14,670 nucleotides of DNA from NCBI GenBank assembly GCA_039801565.1, contig JBDRUX010000062.1, positions 1 through 14,670 of the forward strand, given 5' to 3'. Origin of the DNA: a candidate division WOR-3 bacterium. Lineage in GTDB: Bacteria; Hydrothermota; Tepidihabitantia; Tepidihabitantales; JAOUPE01. The notes beneath the pieces were generated by a model. It made no database searches and was not told where the DNA came from. It saw only the letters and a list, made by a program, of their open reading frames with translations. Positions within the stretch are counted from its first letter, which is position 1, and each line of letters opens with the position of its first letter. Of the stretch, positions 8,659 to 14,670 are shown one piece after another. A program made the translations under genes and the position numbers.

Positions 8659-10648
8659 TTTAATCCTTTTAGTCTTAGCAATTCTGGTTTATCGCAAAGA
8701 CTTGAAAACAAAAGATTATCGTTGGCTTTTTATTTTTCGGATACTATTAATTATTTTCTTAAGTTTAATCTTGATTGGTAATATCATTGCCTTTACATTC
8801 ACTAAATCATCCAGTGTTCCATTACTTTTTTTAATTGATGTCTCACCCAGTATGAGTGAAAAACTTAGCCAAGCCAAAGATTTCTTAATACAATTTAAGC
8901 CCAAAACAAAAACTCAATATTTTGCCTTTGCCGATTCAGTATTCGGTCCAAAATCAATTGAAAATCTTGTAATTCAGGGTAGTAAGACGGACATTACCCA
9001 AGCACTAAATACCGCAAAGAAAAAAAGTCCTGGGGCAGTTGTTATTTTATCTGATGGTCAGCACAATACATTATCCGACCCGGTTAAAACTGCAGCTGCC
9101 CTTCCTTTTCCAGTTTATACCCTTGGACTTGGAAAAACCGCTGAACATGATGTGGCAATTCGCACGGTAAGAGTGCCAAAGCAGATTTATTCCGGCGAGA
9201 CAACCGATTGTGTAGTTCGAATTCAAAGCCAGGGATTAGGCAACAGAAAAGCCAAGATAAGTTTGTGGCAAGGTTCTAAGGAACTTCAACAAAGGGAGAC
9301 AACCCTTTCTGATGAATTGATCGAACAAGAGATAAGTTTCCCAATCATTCCCACTGAAATCGGCAGACAACTTTATAAGATAAAAGTCACTGAATTTGCC
9401 GAAGAGGAAAATCGTTTAAATAATGAAAAAGAGTTTAGCCTGCAAGTATTAAAGAGTAAACTAAAGGTGATATATTTGACTAATGCACCTAGTTATAATA
9501 CTCGGTTTGTTCTTTCTGCGCTTGAATCTGAAATGGTTTCAGTTTTACCAGCTATTGCTCTTCAAGGTAATCGGTTTCAAATTCCAACCAGTCGCGGGAT
9601 GCAAGATTTTGCCTTTAAATTGGATGGCGATGTCTTGATTCTGGATAATCTTAATGCCCGAGAATTACCCCTTGAGGTTATTAATCAGATACAAAGTTTT
9701 ATTGCGAATGGAGGAGGGGTTTTAATTCTGACGGGCGAAAAATTTAGTATCAATCCTCAATTGATGCCAATTATGCCCTTCGTTCATAATCAACGAATCA
9801 TCCGCAAAGAAATTTTCTTCAAACTCACCGAACAGGGCATTGCTGTACCAATATTCTTTGCTGAAGGTGACAATCTTTTAGATAACACTCCGCCATTATT
9901 AGGTATTATTGAAGTGAAAGAGATACCTAAAGAAACCAAAGTTTGGGCGACCGCTGACCCCTTAGATATCCCATTGATTGGTTATCGAAAATTAGGTAAA
10001 GGCAAGGTGATTGAAATTAATGGCTTTCCAATTTGGCGACTGGCATTTTATGGCAAAGACTTGGCAATTGCTCAACAAAGATTTAAAAAGTTCTTAAATC
10101 AAATCAATCGGTTCTTAGCACTTAAAGATTTTGAGATGTTCACACTTACCACTGACCAGCCAGTCTACCGAGCCGGTGAAAAAGTGACCTTTAATTTTTA
10201 TGCCTATCAAGAAGATGGCAGACCCTATAGTGGTTTAGATGTAAATTTAATTATTGACCAGTCGCAAATTCCAATGATTGAAATTGGCGAGGGAATCTAT
10301 GAAAAGACTATTGAAGCGTTACCACCCAAAGATTATTCAGTTAAAGCGATTTGTCAATCCGATACAATTAAATTGGGTGAAGCTAAGACCGAGTTCAAGG
10401 TTTCCGAGACGAATATCGAAATGATTGATACCCGACTAAATTCCGAACTATTAAGACAAATTGCGCAGGTATCCGGTGGTGAGTATTTTGATTTGGCATC
10501 TTTTCCTAAAGACCAATTTGAATTTAATTATGCCCGATATCGCAAGACCTTTCGTTTTGACCCCCGCCAGTCAGTCTATCTATATCTAATAATAGTTGGA
10601 TTATTCCTAATCGAATTATATTTCCGTAAGCGTCGGGGTCTGATGTGA
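8639..10648 (+). CDS. Membrane-anchored vWA-domain protein with Ig-like and class I glutamine-amidotransferase-like domains
   Basis: 669 aa; two N-terminal TM helices, MIDAS DVSPSM...TDI...ILSDG, EENRLNN, DVLILDNL...FIANGGGVLIL, GKGKV, LLRQIAQVSGGEYF, C-terminal TM ending IELYFRKRRGLM. Confidence 0.78.
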   Translation: MIGIFGSLILLVLAILVYRKDLKTKDYRWLFIFRILLIIFLSLILIGNIIAFTFTKSSSVPLLFLIDVSPSMSEKLSQAKDFLIQFKPKTKTQYFAFADSVFGPKSIENLVIQGSKTDITQALNTAKKKSPGAVVILSDGQHNTLSDPVKTAAALPFPVYTLGLGKTAEHDVAIRTVRVPKQIYSGETTDCVVRIQSQGLGNRKAKISLWQGSKELQQRETTLSDELIEQEISFPIIPTEIGRQLYKIKVTEFAEEENRLNNEKEFSLQVLKSKLKVIYLTNAPSYNTRFVLSALESEMVSVLPAIALQGNRFQIPTSRGMQDFAFKLDGDVLILDNLNARELPLEVINQIQSFIANGGGVLILTGEKFSINPQLMPIMPFVHNQRIIRKEIFFKLTEQGIAVPIFFAEGDNLLDNTPPLLGIIEVKEIPKETKVWATADPLDIPLIGYRKLGKGKVIEINGFPIWRLAFYGKDLAIAQQRFKKFLNQINRFLALKDFEMFTLTTDQPVYRAGEKVTFNFYAYQEDGRPYSGLDVNLIIDQSQIPMIEIGEGIYEKTIEALPPKDYSVKAICQSDTIKLGEAKTEFKVSETNIEMIDTRLNSELLRQIAQVSGGEYFDLASFPKDQFEFNYARYRKTFRFDPRQSVYLYLIIVGLFLIELYFRKRRGLM

Positions 10649-11289
10649 TAAAAAAGTCAACCAATCAAATTCTAAGGTTTATATTACTATTCTTTTTGAC
10701 CTTTAGCATTGTGTTCGCCCAAACCACCAAGGAAAAAATAATCGAGCGGTTAGAAAAAAGCGGATTATCAGCTGAACTGGTTGTCTTGTTAGTAGCGATG
10801 TTACCAATTATTGAATTAAGAGGTGCCATACCAATTGGCATCAACTTCTATCATCTGGTCTGGTATAAAGCGGTTATTCTTGCCATTATTGGCAATATGC
10901 TGCCAATTTTTCTAATCATATTCTTATTAGATAAGATAGCAAAAGTTTTAAGTAAGATTAAGATTTTTGAGAAGTTCTTTGCTTGGCTATTTGCCCGAAC
11001 CCGACGCAAAAGTAAAATCATTGAAGAATATGAGACGATTGGTCTAATGATTTTTGTGGCGATTCCATTGCCAATGACCGGTGCTTGGACCGGCGCAGTT
11101 GCGGCATTCCTTTTGGGTTTAAAATATCTGAATGCACTAATGGCAATCTTTTTTGGTGTTTTGATTGCAGCAGTAGTTGTAACAACTCTTTCGTTATTAG
11201 GGATTTGGGGGGCAATCATTGCTGGTATCGCCTTAACCATCCTTGCTATAACCAGTATTTGGGGGATGTTTAAGCGAAGACAGAGTTAA
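10645..11289 (+). CDS. Putative small multi-drug export protein (COG2426 / Sm_multidrug_ex-like)
   Basis: 214 aa, hydrophobic; AMLPIIELRGAIPIG, IIGNMLP and GLMIFVAIPLPMTGAWTG motifs characteristic of the family; GTGA overlap with the upstream gene. Confidence 0.9.
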   Translation: MIKKSTNQILRFILLFFLTFSIVFAQTTKEKIIERLEKSGLSAELVVLLVAMLPIIELRGAIPIGINFYHLVWYKAVILAIIGNMLPIFLIIFLLDKIAKVLSKIKIFEKFFAWLFARTRRKSKIIEEYETIGLMIFVAIPLPMTGAWTGAVAAFLLGLKYLNALMAIFFGVLIAAVVVTTLSLLGIWGAIIAGIALTILAITSIWGMFKRRQS

Positions 11290-11390
11290 AAATACTTGGT
11301 GTCAATCTATGTTTATCCGTGGTTCAATTTTCTGTCCCAAGTCTCATTCGTATCATTAGTTACCATTCGGGATATTCGCATCACTCCCAA

Positions 11391-11403
11391 TTTTCAAAGA
11401 GCA
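11391..11403 (-). promoter_or_regulatory. boxA-like (Nus antitermination) element on the strand divergent from cas6
   Basis: Minus strand reads TGCTCTTTGAAAA, closely matching rrn/CRISPR-leader boxA (TGCTCTTTAACA; GYTCTTTGAAAA variants). Confidence 0.55.
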
Positions 11404-11468
11404 ATTTTTATTGCTTTCACCAATATTAGACGGAAAGAATAAAAAATGTGACAAGGAAAATTAAGATA

Positions 11469-11496
11469 TTGACAATCTTAAAAATTCAAGTATTTT
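11469..11496 (+). promoter_or_regulatory. Putative sigma70 promoter of the cas operon
   Basis: TTGACA (11469-11474) - 16 nt - TATTTT (11491-11496), 24 nt upstream of the cas6 ATG; same 16-nt spacing as three other candidate promoters in the window. Confidence 0.6.
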
Positions 11497-11520
11497 TAGT
11501 GTTTATTGACTTAAATAAAA

Positions 11521-12312
11521 ATGAGAATTAAAGTAAATTTTTCTCCTTCGGTTTCTTTTTTGGTTAGAGATTACCGCCGATACTTTATCTCATTCCTTAA
11601 AACGATTTTTACCAGTCAAGGCATTTACGATGACCTTTACGATGAAAAGAAAGCAAAACCGTTCAGTTTCTCAATCTGGTTTGGAGAAGACTTTAGAACT
11701 GATGATGAAAAGATAACTTTAGGTGAGAATCTTTCTTTAGTCTTTTCTTCGGGTGACCCAAGAATTCTTGCCGCTTTTTATAATGGAACATTAGATTTAA
11801 AAAAGAAAGAAGAGGAAATTTCTTTGGGAGAAGGGAAGTTAGTTGTACAGGACATTAGCCTTTTGCCACACTGTAAGATATTCTCTAACCAAGTTCTTTT
11901 TAAAACAATCGGCATTTCGGTTCTAACTGACCCATCTGCTTCGGCAAAAGACTTTAAGCAATGGTATTTACTACCAACCGAAGATTTAGCATGGTTCAAC
12001 AAAGTATTGAAAGAGCGAATCAAAGGAAGGTATAAGTATTTAAAAAATGAAGATAAAGAATTCAATTTAGAATTTAAGAATTTGACGGATAGTGAGTTTC
12101 AGATTCTTAAAGCTGGGTGTCTTATTGGCTTAAAATTTGATAAGCCAATAAAAGAAACTTTAGTTGAGCATTACGATGGCTATGTTCGAGGCTTTCGTGG
12201 GGTATTCTGGCTTTCGGGCGAATCAGAGATTTTGCAGTTTATTTACGATTACGGCTTTGGGGTTCGAACCGGACAGGGATTTGGTTTGTTGGATATAATT
12301 ACTCAATGCTAA
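11521..12312 (+). CDS. cas6: CRISPR-associated endoribonuclease Cas6
   Basis: 263 aa; DYRRYFISFLK, KPFSFSIWF and LVFSSGD segments; C-terminal Gly-rich loop FIYDYGFGVRTGQGFGLL (GhGxxxxxGhG); cas8 lies downstream. Confidence 0.95.
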   Translation: MRIKVNFSPSVSFLVRDYRRYFISFLKTIFTSQGIYDDLYDEKKAKPFSFSIWFGEDFRTDDEKITLGENLSLVFSSGDPRILAAFYNGTLDLKKKEEEISLGEGKLVVQDISLLPHCKIFSNQVLFKTIGISVLTDPSASAKDFKQWYLLPTEDLAWFNKVLKERIKGRYKYLKNEDKEFNLEFKNLTDSEFQILKAGCLIGLKFDKPIKETLVEHYDGYVRGFRGVFWLSGESEILQFIYDYGFGVRTGQGFGLLDIITQC

Positions 12313-12313
12313 T

Positions 12314-12754
12314 ATGATAAAGAAAACACCGATAACCCACGATTTAAAGAAAGTTTTCCCTTCGCTGGCCCAACGATTAGCCCAAGAAAAAGATATCCTC
12401 TTTGCTTATATCGGAGGTTCTTACGGCAAAGGTAAAGAAGGTCCTTTATCAGACATTGATATTGCAATCTTTCTTACCAATAATGCAGAAGATTATTTTG
12501 TCAAAAAGATTGAATTATATAATCTCGCCACTGAAGTTTTATGCACGGATGAAGTAGACATTATCATCTTAAATGAAGCGACTTCGGAATTCGCCTTTAA
12601 TCTAATAAAAAACAGCACTCTTTTGCTTTCCAATGATGAGGCAAAAAGAATTGTCTTTGAAACGAAAGTAATAAGAGAATATCAAGATTTTGGCTATTAT
12701 CGAGAGAGGATGATAAAGGAATATCTTAAGCGAATAAAAGAAGGGATTAAATGA
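12314..12754 (+). CDS. mntA: Minimal nucleotidyltransferase, MntA-family antitoxin (type VII TA)
   Basis: 146 aa; GSX10DXD motif (GSYGKGKEGPLSDID), then EVDIIILNEA; directly upstream of and overlapping a HEPN gene. Confidence 0.92.
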   Translation: MIKKTPITHDLKKVFPSLAQRLAQEKDILFAYIGGSYGKGKEGPLSDIDIAIFLTNNAEDYFVKKIELYNLATEVLCTDEVDIIILNEATSEFAFNLIKNSTLLLSNDEAKRIVFETKVIREYQDFGYYRERMIKEYLKRIKEGIK

Positions 12755-13161
12755 ACGAGGTAATCGAGGCACGGGTTAGAACCTTTAAGGACGCAGTAAA
12801 TAGATTAAAAGAGCTAAAAGGTGAAGGTAAAGAACGATTTCTAAATGATTGGAAACTTCAGGATAGTGCTTTGCGCGAATTTCAGGTTGCGATTGAGAGC
12901 CTGGCGGATATTGCTAATCATATTATTGCTCAAAAGGATTGGCGTCGTCCAACCAGTTACAAAGAGATTATTACGGTCCTTGCGGAAAATAAGGTTATTC
13001 CTGAAGACTTTGTCAAAACCGGTGAAAAGATTATGGGTTTTAGAAATATAATTGTTCACGAATACTTATACCTTGATTTAGAAAAGGTCTTTTTAAATCT
13101 GATGAAATTAGAAGACTTAGAAAAGTTTCTAAAGCATCTTATAGAGCAAATTAGTGATTAA
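12751..13161 (+). CDS. hepT: HEPN (DUF86/HepT-like) ribonuclease toxin (type VII TA)
   Basis: 136 aa; FQVAIESLADIANHII, PTSYKEII and intact RX4HXY motif (RNIIVHEY: R98, H103, Y105); ATGA overlap with mntA. Confidence 0.93.
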   Translation: MNEVIEARVRTFKDAVNRLKELKGEGKERFLNDWKLQDSALREFQVAIESLADIANHIIAQKDWRRPTSYKEIITVLAENKVIPEDFVKTGEKIMGFRNIIVHEYLYLDLEKVFLNLMKLEDLEKFLKHLIEQISD

Positions 13162-13162
13162 A

Positions 13163-14670
13163 ATGGAAAACAAGATAACTCTCTATCCAACCAATTGGCT
13201 TTATAATGCCGGAGTTGTCGGATTTTTGAGAATAATTGAATTTGGCAGAGGTAGTGAGTACATCGCAAAGATGCTCGAAAGAGATGAAAGAGGGTTGGTA
13301 GTCTCACCTGAGGACTTTAAATATGGAGATACAGACTTTTCTCTTTGGTATGCACAATATTGCACAAAGGTGTTTTTTTCTTATATCTTTGACATAAGTA
13401 GTATTGGCGAAGTTAGAAAGAAGATTGAAAAAGTTAAGCCTGAAGAAGAGAAGCAATTAGCTAAAACAAGATTGAGAGAAATCTCAGAGAAAATTAAAAG
13501 AGAAATATCAGCTGTTGGCGCTACAAATTCTTGGTGTTTCTTTGTAGCAGAAATTAATAAACTGCTAGATAAATTTACGGATGAAATGAAATCTCTGCCC
13601 AACGTCGCTGTTACAAAAATAGACGAGGATAAAAAAGAAACAAAAGAAACTCTCGAATATTTTTCTATCGTTAAAAACTTTTTGGGATACTTTTACTTCA
13701 ATAAAGGTGTGATTAATAATCCCAAAGGCAAAGATACTAAATTTTTAGAAAGATTCAAGCAAACGTATTTAGAACCTGCTTTGGCGTCTTTTCATCTTTC
13801 AAATGGAAATTACTCTTGTTCTTTCTGTTCAAGAACTTTTGAGAATTTTTCGAACCTAACACCTTTTCAAGAGGGAGATTTTTCTTCAATTGGAGTTAGT
13901 TCCAAAACTTTCAAGAATTTTTTCTATGATGGTAATGAATACTCAATGCTTCTCAAATGCCCACTTTGTGAACTTATCCTTTTGTGTGCTTTTGCCGGTT
14001 TCTCATATAAGCCTTGGATTTATCAAACCTTGGAACAAACCAAATGGATGTTTATTCATTTTCCCGAGGTGAAAACTTCTTGGGAGATAAATAATAAACT
14101 TAAAACAATCTTAAGCGAAGTACCAGATAGAACTTTCTACATCTCCCTTTTAGGTTCGATTTTAGAATATTTTAGAGAAAAGAGTTATTGGGTTTTAGGC
14201 AATATCCTATTTACTGAAATATCACCTGTGCCGAGTAAACAGAGAAAGAAACCTAAATTTGTTTATTTTAATATAAATCGCACTTTTGCCTCTCTCTTTT
14301 CTCAAGGCGGAACGTTGATTTCAGATTTATTTAAAAATCTGAACCGACCTTTTGAAATAGCAAGAAATTACCAAGTCAATCTGGCAACGGAAGTTCTAAA
14401 AAGACTGCTTCATCAAGAAGAAATAATAACCTTATCTTTTAAATATATGAAAGAAATAATAAAAAATACGCATCCCGGTGAAGTGTATCGAGCCTTTGCC
14501 TTAAATTGTTTAGACTATCTTTATCGCGAAGGCGTAAAAATAGTAAAGAAAGGAGACAATGTGACACAGGAAGTGATAAAACAAAAATTTGGAATACTAA
14601 AAGGGCTACAAGAAGAAGGTGCCAAAGCTTTCTCATTAGAAGAGATTGATGAAAAGAAGAGGAAGTCTAT
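13163..14670 (+). CDS. cas8b1: Type I-B-like Cascade large subunit Cas8 (Cas8b1/Cst1, CxxC-CxxC type), 3'-truncated by the window edge
   Basis: Absent from the ORF track (no stop in window). Manual translation gives 502 open codons from ATG 13163: MENKITLYPTNWLYNAGVVGFLRII..., CSFC (res 219-222), FSSIGVSSKTFKNFFY, CPLC (res 266-269) ELILLCAFAGF. The WxxNAGxxG start and paired CxxC are typical of this family; exact subtype is less certain. Confidence 0.88.
   Translation, partial: MENKITLYPTNWLYNAGVVGFLRIIEFGRGSEYIAKMLERDERGLVVSPEDFKYGDTDFSLWYAQYCTKVFFSYIFDISSIGEVRKKIEKVKPEEEKQLAKTRLREISEKIKREISAVGATNSWCFFVAEINKLLDKFTDEMKSLPNVAVTKIDEDKKETKETLEYFSIVKNFLGYFYFNKGVINNPKGKDTKFLERFKQTYLEPALASFHLSNGNYSCSFCSRTFENFSNLTPFQEGDFSSIGVSSKTFKNFFYDGNEYSMLLKCPLCELILLCAFAGFSYKPWIYQTLEQTKWMFIHFPEVKTSWEINNKLKTILSEVPDRTFYISLLGSILEYFREKSYWVLGNILFTEISPVPSKQRKKPKFVYFNINRTFASLFSQGGTLISDLFKNLNRPFEIARNYQVNLATEVLKRLLHQEEIITLSFKYMKEIIKNTHPGEVYRAFALNCLDYLYREGVKIVKKGDNVTQEVIKQKFGILKGLQEEGAKAFSLEEIDEKKRKS
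14561..14670 (+). CDS. cas11: Putative internally translated small subunit Cas11, in frame within cas8 (3'-truncated)
   Basis: SD AGAAAGGAG (14547-14555), 5 nt, then in-frame GTG at 14561 (codon 467 of cas8): MTQEVIKQKFGILKGLQEEGAKAFSLEEIDEKKRKS... Confidence 0.7.
   Translation, partial: MTQEVIKQKFGILKGLQEEGAKAFSLEEIDEKKRKS

Noticed and set aside
4033..8904. Short ORFs 4033-4242, 6368-6595, 6498-6686, 7112-7375, 7662-7967, 8716-8904
   Set aside because: Overlap longer conserved genes; no family motifs or independent signals seen.
10851..11273. ORFs 10851-11240, 11018-11215, 11085-11273
   Set aside because: Shadows within the COG2426 gene.
11290..11340. Intrinsic terminator after the COG2426 gene
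   Set aside because: No GC-rich stem followed by a U-tract was found.
11287..11498. 12-bp inverted match read as terminal inverted repeats of a MITE
   Set aside because: No flanking target-site duplication or transposase seen, and one arm coincides with a stop codon and the other with a promoter -10 box; kept only under the regulatory-RNA hypothesis.
11290..11520. A bona fide CRISPR array upstream of cas6
   Set aside because: No repeated 25-40-nt unit. Only short shared words (CAATTTTC at 11325 and 11388, 63 nt apart; TCCCAA twice), insufficient to call an array.
12751..13161. HEPN protein as a cOA-activated type III ancillary nuclease (Csm6/Csx1-like)
   Set aside because: Only 136 aa, no CARF/SAVED sensor domain, and paired with an MNT as in type VII TA.
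11778..14636. ORFs 11778-12065, 12841-13059, 12845-13051, 13381-13602, 13890-14072, 14439-14636
   Set aside because: Shadows of cas6, hepT and the long cas8 frame that the ORF track omitted because it has no stop in the window.

Overview
AT-rich bacterial chromosomal segment, probably from a diderm organism (lipoproteins and a likely outer-membrane barrel are present). Left and middle: 5'-truncated NfeD serine protease and folD on the + strand; a minus-strand block encoding nitroreductase, glutamine-dependent NadE, a 55-aa zinc-ribbon/acidic-tail protein missing from the ORF track, a large probable lipoprotein and a probable beta-barrel; then a divergent + operon (Ig-like lipoprotein, vWA/GATase-like membrane protein, COG2426 small multidrug export-type protein). 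Right end: the start of a type I-B-like CRISPR-Cas operon, cas6 - mntA - hepT - cas8 (CxxC-CxxC; runs off the window and is absent from the ORF track). A type VII HEPN/MNT toxin-antitoxin pair sits between cas6 and cas8, and cas8 has a strong internal Shine-Dalgarno plus in-frame GTG consistent with a hidden cas11. The ~230-bp region upstream of cas6 is dense with signals: a divergent boxA-like element, palindromes, and a repeat-like 30-mer followed by 12 nt identical to the cas6 promoter -10 region (candidate CRISPR-like autoregulatory RNA). No CRISPR array, tRNA or rRNA was seen. All calls come from reading motifs by eye; no searches were run.
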